Positions 1-9,134 of a DNA stretch of 64,000 bases are shown piece after piece. The position numbers and the translations under genes were made by a program. The DNA lies in assembly GCA_044344255.1 (NCBI GenBank), contig JBIJDH010000015.1, positions 32,001 to 96,000 on the forward strand, given 5' to 3'. This DNA is from Myxococcota bacterium (lineage in GTDB: Bacteria > Myxococcota_A > UBA796 > UBA2385). Under the pieces are notes generated by a model, which worked only from the letters and a program-made list of their open reading frames with translations, ran no database searches and had not been told where the DNA came from. How positions within the stretch are numbered: position 1 is the stretch's first letter; every line of letters starts with the position of its first letter.

Positions 1-2
1 GG

Positions 3-746
3 GCGGCCCTCGGCATTGCCCCCGAGGTGGGCCTCCTCCGCGGCGCCCCCGAGACCGCGGATGGAGCTGGCATCGAGCTCGGCGTCGCCCTGGGCGGCGT
101 GTCGGTGAAGCCGGCCCAGGCCATCCTCTACGCGCACGCCACCCCGGACGCTGAGGGCCGCGCGCTGATGGTGGTCGACGGTCGAGAGGCGTGGACGGTC
201 TCGACGGAGGGCGCGCCGCTGCCGGGCCTGCTCTCTCCCCGCGGCGACTCCGGCCAGGCCTTGATCTCCGCGCCCGGGGGGCGGGCCTGGATGGTCGTCG
301 ATGGCCCCGCCCTCGGGCGCCTCAGCCTCTTCGACTGGGAGGCCTTGCGGATGCTGCCGGCCCGGCCCCTGCTGGATCCCGCGCGCCAGGCGAGCAGCCT
401 GACGGAGCTCGCGGGGCGCCTCGGCCTCCCCGAAGCGGGCCTCCTCGCCGGTCGCTGCGCCGAGGGGGGGCGGGCCAGCGCCGAGCGCCCCCTCTGTGAG
501 CCCCCCTTCGCCGCCTTCCCGCTGCTGCCCTCCACCGCCAAGTCGCTCACCGGCCTCGCCGCCGACCTCGACGGCCACGTGCTCGACGCCGGCGGGCAGC
601 CCGTCGCCGGCCTCTACGCCGCCGGGGAGCTCGTGGGCTTCGGCGAGCCCTATGGCGGCGTGCCAGTAGACAGCACGATGGTGGCGGGCGCCATCCTCAG
701 CGGGCGGCGCGCGGCCGCCACCCTCCGCGCCGAGCTCAGCCCTTGA
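3..746 (+). CDS. FAD-binding oxidoreductase, C-terminal part (fumarate reductase/ketosteroid dehydrogenase flavoprotein family), 5'-truncated
   Basis: Frame open from the window edge; C-terminal motif GL-x-x-D-x-D-GHVLD...PVAGLYAAGE...AILSGRRAA typical of FAD_binding_2 proteins. Confidence 0.7.
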   Translation, partial: AALGIAPEVGLLRGAPETADGAGIELGVALGGVSVKPAQAILYAHATPDAEGRALMVVDGREAWTVSTEGAPLPGLLSPRGDSGQALISAPGGRAWMVVDGPALGRLSLFDWEALRMLPARPLLDPARQASSLTELAGRLGLPEAGLLAGRCAEGGRASAERPLCEPPFAAFPLLPSTAKSLTGLAADLDGHVLDAGGQPVAGLYAAGELVGFGEPYGGVPVDSTMVAGAILSGRRAAATLRAELSP

Positions 747-3271
747 CCCACCCCGAGGGAGGTGAGCCGGCGCCCGTGTGGAGGGATCGCGCCCTCCAGG
801 CCATCGGCCTCAGCCTCCTCCTCCCGACCGCGCTCTGGGCCCCCGACGCGCTGCTCGGCCGCTCGGTCTTCTGGGTCCACGACCTCAAGCACCACCACCT
901 GCCCTGGCGGGTCTGGGCGGCCGGGGAGTGGCTCGCGCTCCGGGTCCCCCTCTGGGCGCCCGAGGTCGCCAATGGCTTCCCCTTGATGGCCGACGGGCAG
1001 GCTGGGGTCTTCTACCCGCCCAACGTGCTCTTCTTCGGCTTGATCGACCCTGGTTATGGGCTCGGGCTCTCCCTCCTCGGCCACCTCTGGTGGGCCGCCT
1101 TCGGCGCCGCGGCCCTGGCCCGCGCGCGGGGGAGGAGCCCGGCCGCCTCGCTGTTCGCGGGGGTCGCCTGGGGCTTCTCGGGCCTGCTCGCCACGCACGC
1201 CCTCTACCTCGGCATGCTGCACGTCCTCGCCTGGCTGCCCTGGCTGCTGCGGGCGGTCTACCGGCAGTCTTGGGGCCTCGCCGGCCTGATCGGCGGCCTC
1301 CTCTGTGTCGCCGGGCACCCCCAAGCGGCGGTCATCGGGCTCCTGCTCACGCTCGCCTTGGGGGGAGAGGTGGCCTGGCGGCGCCGTGAACCGCGCGCGC
1401 TCATCGGCCTCCTCGGGGCCATGCTGCTGTCCCTGTGCCTCGCGGCCCCCCAGATCATCGCCACCCTCGAGCTGCAGGGGGCCTCGATGCGGGAGGGCGG
1501 GGTGAGCGCGGAATTCGCCAACATCGGGAGCCTGCCACCCCAGGAGCTGGTCAACGGCCTCCTCCCTCGGTTCTTTGGCTTTGACCGGCCCGTGGACGTG
1601 CCCGAGACCTACTTCCACCGCGGCCCGGGCTACTGGGGCTCGGGCGAGAACCACTGGGAGATGGCCTTCTACCTGGGTGTGCCGGCGCTGCTGCTCGCGG
1701 CCGTGGGCCTCCGTCGGAGCCGCTTCTGGGGTGGGGTGGCCCTCGTCTGCCTGCTGCTGATGCTCGGCGGGAAGGGGCCGCTGTGGCCGATCGTCCGCCA
1801 CCTGCCGGTGCTCGACGGCCTGCGCTTCCCCGTGCGCTTCTCGATCGGCCTCACGATGGCCACGGCCCTGCTCGCCGCCGAGGGCCTCGACGCCGCGCTG
1901 GCCTTGGGCTTGGGGCCCCGCCGCCGCCTCGCCGGCCGCCTCGCCCTCGCCGGCCTCACCCTCGCGGTCGGGCTGGCCGTCCTCGGCGTCGGGGTCCGCC
2001 TCGCCGAAGATCCGCTGCGGAGCTTGCTCAGCGGCCACTTTGAGCGTCAGGTGGCGCGCGAGGCCTCGCGGCCGCCGCCGCCCGACCTCGGGCCCCTGCT
2101 GCGGGCGGCGCTGCCCGGCCCCGAGCTGGAGGACCCTGCCCGCATCCCCGCGAAGGTGGAGCGCATCGTCGCCTCGCTCCAGGACAGCACCGATCCCCGG
2201 TCGGCCGCCTTCTTCGGCCCCGTCCTCCTCGCCCTCGCGATGGCGCTCGGCCTCACCGTGGGCGGCCGGCGGGCGGGCTACGGGGCCGCCTTTGCCCTCA
2301 GCGGGCTGCTCTACCTCGACCTCGCGGCCTTCGGCGCGGAGTATCAGGGGCGGGTGCCGCGGGAGGAGTACGACCGGCCCCCGCCCGCCCTCCCCCTGCT
2401 CACCCGCGCCCTTGAGCCCGAGGCCGGGGAGGCCGGCCCCCGGGAGCGGCAGACCGTCGTCGATCGACGGCAAGCGCCTCGCCTCGACGCCGCCTTGCTC
2501 TCCGCGAGCCTCGGCCTCGGCTATGGGCTGCGCGACGTGATCCTCACGAGCCCGCTGCTGATGGTGCGGAACGAGGCCCTGCTCGCTACGGCGGGCCTGG
2601 ACGTGGGAGACAAGGGGGAGGTGAAGGTCGAGCGCCTCGCCCGCCACCCCGCCCTCGTCGATCTGCTGGGCCTCCGCTACCTCCTCTCGGTCCACGATCT
2701 GGGCGCCGCCGGCTACGCCGAGATGCCCCTCGACGCCGCCCCGGTGCGCCTCTTCGAGAACCCAGACCCCCTGCCTTCGGCCTTCCTCGTCGACTGCGCC
2801 GTCATCTCGGAGGAGCCGCTCGCCGCCCTCGACGCGGTCGACCTCCGGCGTGTGGCGGTGTTCGAAGAGCCACCACCGCCCCTGCCCTGCGGAGAGGGCC
2901 CCGTCGGCGAAGCCGCGCTCACCGTGCTCGGCCCGGGAGCCCTCGACATCACCGTGCGCGCTCGGCGCGCGGCGCTGCTCGTCCAGACCGACTCCTGGTA
3001 CCCCGGCTGGGAGGCCGAGGTGGACGGGGTGCCTGCGACGCTCTACAGGGTGAACCTGTTGTTTCGTGGGATAGCCGTGCCAGCGGGGGAGCACGAGGTC
3101 CGCCTCCGCTACCGCCCCCCCGCGGTGCGCGCCGGCCTCGGGCTCTCGCTGCTCACCCTCTCGGGCTTGGCGCTGGCGCTCCTGGCTTGGGGCGCCTCAC
3201 GGCGCAGGGGGCTCGGCGGCCGCGGGGGCGCCGATGCCCAGCCGGTCGAGCAGGGTCACCACCCAGGGTGA
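743..3271 (+). CDS. YfhO-family polytopic membrane protein (GT-C-like glycosyltransferase)
   Basis: N-terminal PLWAP...GFP...FYPP, many TM helices, C-terminal DSWYPGWEAEVDG...FRGIAVPAGEHEVRLRYRP; TTG start overlaps upstream stop. Confidence 0.85.
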   Translation: MTHPEGGEPAPVWRDRALQAIGLSLLLPTALWAPDALLGRSVFWVHDLKHHHLPWRVWAAGEWLALRVPLWAPEVANGFPLMADGQAGVFYPPNVLFFGLIDPGYGLGLSLLGHLWWAAFGAAALARARGRSPAASLFAGVAWGFSGLLATHALYLGMLHVLAWLPWLLRAVYRQSWGLAGLIGGLLCVAGHPQAAVIGLLLTLALGGEVAWRRREPRALIGLLGAMLLSLCLAAPQIIATLELQGASMREGGVSAEFANIGSLPPQELVNGLLPRFFGFDRPVDVPETYFHRGPGYWGSGENHWEMAFYLGVPALLLAAVGLRRSRFWGGVALVCLLLMLGGKGPLWPIVRHLPVLDGLRFPVRFSIGLTMATALLAAEGLDAALALGLGPRRRLAGRLALAGLTLAVGLAVLGVGVRLAEDPLRSLLSGHFERQVAREASRPPPPDLGPLLRAALPGPELEDPARIPAKVERIVASLQDSTDPRSAAFFGPVLLALAMALGLTVGGRRAGYGAAFALSGLLYLDLAAFGAEYQGRVPREEYDRPPPALPLLTRALEPEAGEAGPRERQTVVDRRQAPRLDAALLSASLGLGYGLRDVILTSPLLMVRNEALLATAGLDVGDKGEVKVERLARHPALVDLLGLRYLLSVHDLGAAGYAEMPLDAAPVRLFENPDPLPSAFLVDCAVISEEPLAALDAVDLRRVAVFEEPPPPLPCGEGPVGEAALTVLGPGALDITVRARRAALLVQTDSWYPGWEAEVDGVPATLYRVNLLFRGIAVPAGEHEVRLRYRPPAVRAGLGLSLLTLSGLALALLAWGASRRRGLGGRGGADAQPVEQGHHPG

Positions 3272-4153
3272 CAGCAGCACGAAGTAGAAGGAGAGCATGC
3301 CCCAGGAGAACATCCCGAGGTCCATCGTGGCGGCGATGCCGAAGTGCAGGCCCACACCGAAGAGGGCCCACCACCGCCGCCAGGGCGTGAGCAGCAGCGG
3401 GGATGACAGCTCGAAGGCGATGGTGGCCCAGCCGCCGAGGCGCCAGAGCCAGGGCAGGCCCTCGGCCCAGACGGGGTCGACCACGCCGGCCATCGGATCG
3501 GTGAGGATGCGGTAGAGCACCGGCGTGCCCTGCACAGAGAGCCAACCCGGCTGCTGGATGAGCTTGGCGGTGCCGGCCGAGAGGTAGATGAGCACGAGCA
3601 GCCAGCGGATCAGCAGCTCGGGCCAGGCGGGCATCCATCGGGACACCGCGAAGCGCGCCCGGCCGATCAGGGGCCCGAGGCTCAGCCGATAGAAGACGGG
3701 GCTCACCGCCACGATGAGGAGGAGGCAGCGGAGGGCGCGGTCGATGCCGCGGTCGCCCGTGGAGTAGAGGTGGCCGAGCTGCGCGTACGCGAGCACGCCG
3801 AGCAGCACGTTCAGGCGACCGCCGAGGCCGAGCATCGTGAGCACGAAGGAGGTGAGGGTGAACCAGAAGAGCAGCGGCCCCGCCTCTGTCCCGAGGTAGT
3901 CCCCGGCCACCCAGCCCGGGTCTTGAAACTTGGAGAGGCCCCCTTGTTCGTAGGTGTGAAAGAGGTGCGGCACCAGCCCGAGCGCGGCCACTCGGACGAG
4001 GTCGACCACGAGGCAGAGACAGGCGCTGATCCGCACCAGCGCGAAGGGACGGCTGTCGACCGGGCGGTGAACCTGCTCCATCCACGCCCCCCAGAGGCGA
4101 CGGAGGGGGCCTGGGGGGCTCCAGGGGGGAGGGCTCACGGGGGAGAGGCTCAT
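3197..4153 (-). CDS. HTTM-domain membrane protein (vitamin K-dependent carboxylase/SdpB-like), copy 1
   Basis: Multi-TM; motifs YLSAGTAKL...W and LHFGIAATMDLGMFSW; paralog at 62865-63788. Confidence 0.8.
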   Translation of the reverse strand: MSLSPVSPPPWSPPGPLRRLWGAWMEQVHRPVDSRPFALVRISACLCLVVDLVRVAALGLVPHLFHTYEQGGLSKFQDPGWVAGDYLGTEAGPLLFWFTLTSFVLTMLGLGGRLNVLLGVLAYAQLGHLYSTGDRGIDRALRCLLLIVAVSPVFYRLSLGPLIGRARFAVSRWMPAWPELLIRWLLVLIYLSAGTAKLIQQPGWLSVQGTPVLYRILTDPMAGVVDPVWAEGLPWLWRLGGWATIAFELSSPLLLTPWRRWWALFGVGLHFGIAATMDLGMFSWGMLSFYFVLLSPWVVTLLDRLGIGAPAAAEPPAP

Positions 4154-4743
4154 CGGGTGGCCTCGAGCTTCCAGTCGGGGGCGCGGGCCACCCAGCCGTG
4201 GTGCGCCTTGGCGTTGACCCCGGGGAAGCGGCCGCTGGTGAACACGATCTCCACCGCCTGGGCGTCGGGGTGATCGGCGCGGGCGAGGTCGCGGATATAG
4301 CGGGTGAGGCCGGCGGCGTTCCGCGCCTTGGCCTTCATGGCGGTGGTCTCCACCATCGGGCGCACACGACGGTTGTCGAGGCGGGCGGTCTGCCAGCGGT
4401 GGTCAGGGTCTTCGCTCCGATAGAGGAGCTCGCCGTCGACCCGCACCTCCATTCGCCGCACCATCGAGGGGCCGTCCCGATAGAGGTGCCAGCTCTGTCG
4501 GATACGAAAGACCTTCTGCGGCCAGCCGACCTTGGCCACCAGCGGCAGTCGGAGCTCCCGGTTCAGGGTGTGGAGGACCGCGAAGAGCGGGCCGTCCTGG
4601 GGGCTCGCCTCGCCGCCGCCCTCGTCGTCAGCGCTGCCGCCGCCGACGAAGTCGAGCACCGGGGTGCCGACGAGGCCCGTCCACAGCATCACGAGCAGGA
4701 CGGCGAGCCCGGTGAGGTGCTGTGAGGGGGTAGAGTCGGGCAT
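4150..4743 (-). CDS. Single-TM partner of HTTM protein (SdpA/DUF5819-like by inference), copy 1
   Basis: ATG 4743; one N-terminal TM; QSWHLYRDGP and NRRVRPMVET motifs; 4-bp overlap with HTTM gene; paralog at 62257-62868. Confidence 0.7.
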   Translation of the reverse strand: MPDSTPSQHLTGLAVLLVMLWTGLVGTPVLDFVGGGSADDEGGGEASPQDGPLFAVLHTLNRELRLPLVAKVGWPQKVFRIRQSWHLYRDGPSMVRRMEVRVDGELLYRSEDPDHRWQTARLDNRRVRPMVETTAMKAKARNAAGLTRYIRDLARADHPDAQAVEIVFTSGRFPGVNAKAHHGWVARAPDWKLEATR

Positions 4744-4771
4744 CCGGGCCACGTATCGCATAGGGGGGCGG

Positions 4772-5983
4772 ATGCGCCCGACCCTCACTGTCTCGGACCT
4801 CACCCGGATCATTCAAGAGACGCTCGCCGCGGGCGTGGGGCCCGTGGTGGTCGAGGGCGAGGTCTCGCAGTTCATGGCCCACCGCTCGGGGCACTGGTAC
4901 TTCACCCTCAAAGACGAGGGCGCCGTCTTGAACGCCGTCATGTTCCGCGGGAACAACCAGGGCATGCGCTGGATGCCCGCGGTGGGAGACCAGGTCACGG
5001 TCTCGGGCGAGCTCGACGTCTACGCGCCCCAAGGCAAGTACAACCTCCTCGCCCGGCGGATGGAGCGCGCGGGGCAGGGAGATCAGCAGCGGCGCTTCGA
5101 GGAGCTCAAGCGCCGCCTCCAGGCCGAGGGCCTCTTCGACCCCGCCCGCAAACGCCCGTTGCCCGTGATCCCGCTGGCCATCGGGGTCGCGACCAGCCCC
5201 ACCGGCGCGGCCTTTCAGGACATCCTCCGCGTCCTCTCGCGGCGCTTCCCGGGCCTCACGCTCTATCTCTCCGCCTGTCGGGTCCAGGGTGAGGGCGCGG
5301 CCGACGAGATCGCGGCGGCCGTCGACCGGCTCGGTCGGCACGGCAAGTCGAGCGTGATCATCGTCGGGCGCGGGGGCGGCAGCGTCGAGGACCTCGCCGC
5401 CTTCAACGAGGAGGTGGTGGTCCGCGCCATCGCGCGCTGCCCGATCCCGGTGGTGAGCGCGGTCGGCCACGAGGTGGACGTCTCCCTGGCCGACCTCGTG
5501 GCCGATCTGCGGGCCGCCACCCCCTCCCACGCCGCGGAGCTCGTCGTCCCCGACAAGGCTGAGCTGCTCCTCCGCCTCGATGAGCTCGACCATCGGCTGC
5601 GCCTCGCGATGGAGCGCGGCCTCCGCGCTCGCCGCGATCGGCTGAAGCGCCTCGTCCTCCGCGGGCCGGGTCAGCGAATCGCCGACGGTCAGCGCCGCCT
5701 CGCCGAGCTCCGCCAGCGGCTCCACCTCGCGGGCCGTCGCGCGGTGGAGCGCAGCCGCCGCCGCCTCGAGGCCGGCCGTGGGCGCCTCTTCGCGCTCAGC
5801 CCCCTCGCGGTGCTCGGCCGTGGCTACGCGGTCGTCTTGAAGGAGGGGCGCGCGGTCTCCGCCGGGGGGGAGCTCCGGCCCGGCGACGCGGTCCACCTGC
5901 GCTTCTTCGAGGGCGCCGCCGAGGCCACCATCACCGCGGCCTCGACCCCGTCGGGCGCAGCGGCCCCCTCCGAGGGCGGCTGA
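4772..5983 (+). CDS. xseA: Exodeoxyribonuclease VII large subunit
   Basis: VEGEVS..SGHWYFTLKD, GLFDPARKRPLP, VGRGGGSVEDL, SAVGHEVD, RAATPS, LGRGYA; ATG at 4772. Confidence 0.95.
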   Translation: MRPTLTVSDLTRIIQETLAAGVGPVVVEGEVSQFMAHRSGHWYFTLKDEGAVLNAVMFRGNNQGMRWMPAVGDQVTVSGELDVYAPQGKYNLLARRMERAGQGDQQRRFEELKRRLQAEGLFDPARKRPLPVIPLAIGVATSPTGAAFQDILRVLSRRFPGLTLYLSACRVQGEGAADEIAAAVDRLGRHGKSSVIIVGRGGGSVEDLAAFNEEVVVRAIARCPIPVVSAVGHEVDVSLADLVADLRAATPSHAAELVVPDKAELLLRLDELDHRLRLAMERGLRARRDRLKRLVLRGPGQRIADGQRRLAELRQRLHLAGRRAVERSRRRLEAGRGRLFALSPLAVLGRGYAVVLKEGRAVSAGGELRPGDAVHLRFFEGAAEATITAASTPSGAAAPSEGG

Positions 5984-6019
5984 GGGAGATTGGTGAGGGA
6001 GATCGGTGAGGGCGATCAG
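5981..6019 (+). repeat. 13-bp tandem repeat x3 beginning at xseA stop
   Basis: TGAGGGAGATTGG / TGAGGGAGATCGG / TGAGGGCGATCAG. Confidence 0.9.
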
Positions 6020-6121
6020 CGCCGCTCCGTCCGCGCGCCGTACGGCCTCCCCCGGAGGCGGCGGGCCGGCTACCTTGTTGAAGGTCCCCGACCTGAACCG
6101 GCCCTTCGCGGGCTCCAGGGA

Positions 6122-6508
6122 GTGAAATTGCGACACTGCATCGCTTGTAACGCCGGCTATGAGTCCGAACCCGCCACCTGCCCGGACTGCGGCAGCCGTA
6201 CGCTGGGAGAGGCGGAGCTGCAGATGTTGCAGGAGGCTCAGGCGGGGCTCGATCAAGAGCGGATGGTGCCCCTGAAGCTCCTCGAGAGCCAGGTCGATCG
6301 GGCGATCCTCACCGAGATGCTCGATGAGCGCAGCATCCCCTGGGTGGTGCACGGCGAGGGCGCTGGCACCGCCTTCGGCAACCTCTTCGCGTCGCAGGAG
6401 GGCTTCGGCGTGCTGCTGGTGCCCGAGCCCGAGCTCGAGCGGGCGCGAGACATTGTGCGCGACTACGACAATTCGGTGGTGCTCGGTGAAGGAGAGACGC
6501 TGGACTGA
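6122..6508 (+). CDS. Zinc-ribbon plus DUF2007-like (putative signal-transducing) protein
   Basis: CIAC...CPDC then LDERSIP...LLVPEPELERARDIV; GTG start at 6122 chosen. Confidence 0.7.
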   Translation: MKLRHCIACNAGYESEPATCPDCGSRTLGEAELQMLQEAQAGLDQERMVPLKLLESQVDRAILTEMLDERSIPWVVHGEGAGTAFGNLFASQEGFGVLLVPEPELERARDIVRDYDNSVVLGEGETLD

Positions 6509-6516
6509 GCGCCGGC

Positions 6517-7413
6517 TCAGGGCTCGCTTCGCCGCCGCTCCTCGCGGAGGGTCTGCAGCTTGCGCAGGATGGAGCGGTTGGCCGCAAGGGCGCCGTTGTT
6601 CATCCACACCGGCCGGGGCGGGGCCTCTCCCCGCGGGTGGTCGTTGATCTGGAACCAGGGGAGCTGGCCCTGCGCCGCCGCGGTGACCATCCGGGTGGCG
6701 TGCCTCACCTCGCCGGGCTGGGCGTGGTCGTGCTCGGCTTGGAGGCGGATGTAGCCGCAGTCGAGCTTCCCGACATGGCGTACCGCCTCCCGCGGCCGCC
6801 AGTACACCTCGTCGTGCATCGTGTGGCCGTTGGCCGGCGTGAGCTGCTGGCCCCCCGAGGTGATGACCTCGCGGTCGCTCGGCCCCTCCCAGTCGAGGAT
6901 CCAGGCGGCCTTCGCCCCTGCCCGCACGACGGCGCCCACGGCCATCGAGAGGCCGAGCGAGATGGAGAGGATGCCGACCCGCGCCGGATCGACGTCGGGC
7001 CGACCGCGGAGGTAGGCCACCATCCGGGCGACGTCGTCCTGGTGCTCCGGCCCGCCGAAGTCCTCCTCGCCCCAGCTCTCTCCCCGCCCGGCGGGGTTGA
7101 AGCGGAGCACGACATAGCCGAGCCGCGCCACCTCGTCGGCGCTCACCGGCGCCCGCTGGCCGAGGAAGACGTCGGCGCCGTCGTCGATCCCGGGGCAGAG
7201 CACCACGGCGGGGCGGGACGCTGGCCCCGCGGCGGGGAGGGCGTGGACCCAGGCCTCCAGCTTGTAGCCGGCGGTGCTGTGCAGCACGAGCGCCTCGGAC
7301 GCGACCGCAGGAGCCCGCCGGGCCCGGGCCCCGCGGATGGCGGCCGTCGCGCGGCGGTCAAGGGCGCCGAGGAGGCGGGGGAGCAGCGGCTCGGGGGGCG
7401 AGGGATCAGACAT
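6517..7413 (-). CDS. Alpha/beta-fold hydrolase
   Basis: PAVVLCPG, GYVVLRFNPAGRGESWG, RPDVDPARVGILSISLG nucleophile elbow. Confidence 0.8.
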   Translation of the reverse strand: MSDPSPPEPLLPRLLGALDRRATAAIRGARARRAPAVASEALVLHSTAGYKLEAWVHALPAAGPASRPAVVLCPGIDDGADVFLGQRAPVSADEVARLGYVVLRFNPAGRGESWGEEDFGGPEHQDDVARMVAYLRGRPDVDPARVGILSISLGLSMAVGAVVRAGAKAAWILDWEGPSDREVITSGGQQLTPANGHTMHDEVYWRPREAVRHVGKLDCGYIRLQAEHDHAQPGEVRHATRMVTAAAQGQLPWFQINDHPRGEAPPRPVWMNNGALAANRSILRKLQTLREERRRSEP

Positions 7414-7503
7414 CGGAGGGCCTCAGGCGTCGGGGCTCCGTACCCCGTCCGCCCGCCCCCGCACCCCCGGTCGGTTGGCCTCCGAGCCGCTGAAGATCCT
7501 GTC

Positions 7504-9051
7504 CTACTCGGGATCGTAGACGTAGGGGAAGGCGTAGTAGAAGTTCGCGGTGTCGGCGCTGTCCATCGACTCGGCCTCGATGACCACGTAGATCTTCTCG
7601 CTGCCCGCGGGGAGCGCGAAGTCGACCACCCAGGGGTCACCCTCGGCGGTGCCGGTCAGGTTGCCGGTCTCTTCGGCGAGGACGGTGGTGCCGTCTTCAT
7701 CGTAGACCGTGAGCTTGGGGTCGAGCAGCGAGCCGTAGTTGGCGGCGTCCACGGCGAAGTTCATCATGCGGCCGTCGAAGCCGCCGCAGTCCGAGGCGCG
7801 GATGGTCCAGGCGTCGAGCTCATCCTCGAAGGTGAGGGTGCCGCCGAGGCGGGTGTAGAAGAAGCCCGGGGTGGCCTCCGACTCGACGAACTCGGTGGTC
7901 GTGCCGCTCGTGATGGTCTCGCCCGTCTTCGACTCGACCTGGTCGAGCAGCGAGCCGTAGTACATGCTCACGATGCCGGCGTAGTAGCTGCCGACGTCGT
8001 AGGTCGTGCCCGTGTTCTGCACGACGAGCGTGAGGTAGGACTCGACCGGGACGCTCACCAGCACGCCGGAGTCATAGAGCGTGGTGTAGCCGGTGCCGAT
8101 GACGGTGTCGGCGGTGCTGGCCACCACCGCGCCCTCGGCGTCGTAGAGCGTCCAGTCGGGGGTGAGGTTGGTGGGCATCCCCGGGTACTGGCCGATCTGC
8201 ACGAAGAAGTGGTCGTCCGGGGTCTCGCGGTCGTCGGTGCCGGTGCTGATGAACCAGATGTCGACGTCATCGGCGGAGTCCAGCGCGCCGTAGAAGTCAA
8301 AAGAGCCCGGGGAGAGCGCGTTCTGCATGAAGTAGCCGGGGAGGTTGTCACCACCCTCGATGGCGTCCGAGCCGCCGAGGTACTCGCCGCCGCCGTCGAA
8401 CCAGGCGTTGTAGCTCTCGGCTGCCAGGGTGCCGTCGTCGTTCGGCTCGAGCTCCTCGGTGTTGACGACCCAGGCGTGCAGCTCATAGTCGTAGCCGCTG
8501 CCGCCGCTCGCGCCCGCGCCGTCCCAGTCGCCCCACTCCAGCACCTCGGCGTAGTAGGTGCCGGAGTACTCTGCGCGGAAGACCACGACAGAGTCTGTCT
8601 CGTAGAAACGATAGGGCATGTCGTCGTTCTCGGCGATCTCGTCACCGTCCGAGTTGTAGAGCTGGATGACCGTGTCGAAGGTGGTCTCGCCGGTGAGCGC
8701 GTAGGCGAGGGTGGCCACCGTGACGAAGTCGCCCTCTTCGACCTGGAAGGCGTACATGTCGCGCTCGCCGGCCTCGCCGATCGCCTCGTCGGCCAACACC
8801 TCGTCGGGGTCACCGAGCGCGATCACCTCCGCATCCGGGAAGGCGTCGGTCCCGCCGTCCCCGCCGCCGTCCCCGCCGTCGCCGCCATCTGCGCCGTCGC
8901 CGCCATCGCCGCCATCCGACCCGTCTGTGCCGTCTGTACCCCCATCCTTGTCGGCGATCGTCTCGTCACCTGCGCAAGCGACCGCGAAGGTCGCCGACAG
9001 GGCGATGAGCACAGTGGGGAGGGTGGGCCATCGAGCGTGACGGGCGTTCAT
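7504..9051 (-). CDS. Acidic lipoprotein with DGG-repeat linker and PPC-like beta-sandwich domains
   Basis: Lipobox AVAC; DGG linker; ERDMYAF..GD..DTVIQLYNSDG..IAENDD..SGTYYAEV PPC-like pattern, recurring at the C-terminus. Confidence 0.7.
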   Translation of the reverse strand: MNARHARWPTLPTVLIALSATFAVACAGDETIADKDGGTDGTDGSDGGDGGDGADGGDGGDGGGDGGTDAFPDAEVIALGDPDEVLADEAIGEAGERDMYAFQVEEGDFVTVATLAYALTGETTFDTVIQLYNSDGDEIAENDDMPYRFYETDSVVVFRAEYSGTYYAEVLEWGDWDGAGASGGSGYDYELHAWVVNTEELEPNDDGTLAAESYNAWFDGGGEYLGGSDAIEGGDNLPGYFMQNALSPGSFDFYGALDSADDVDIWFISTGTDDRETPDDHFFVQIGQYPGMPTNLTPDWTLYDAEGAVVASTADTVIGTGYTTLYDSGVLVSVPVESYLTLVVQNTGTTYDVGSYYAGIVSMYYGSLLDQVESKTGETITSGTTTEFVESEATPGFFYTRLGGTLTFEDELDAWTIRASDCGGFDGRMMNFAVDAANYGSLLDPKLTVYDEDGTTVLAEETGNLTGTAEGDPWVVDFALPAGSEKIYVVIEAESMDSADTANFYYAFPYVYDPE

Positions 9052-9134
9052 TCGGTCTCCAGGGTGGGGCCGTTCAGCGTAGCACGGCCGCTCCGCGGCT
9101 CGCAGCTCCAGAGAGGGCAGGCTACGAGGCGCGG

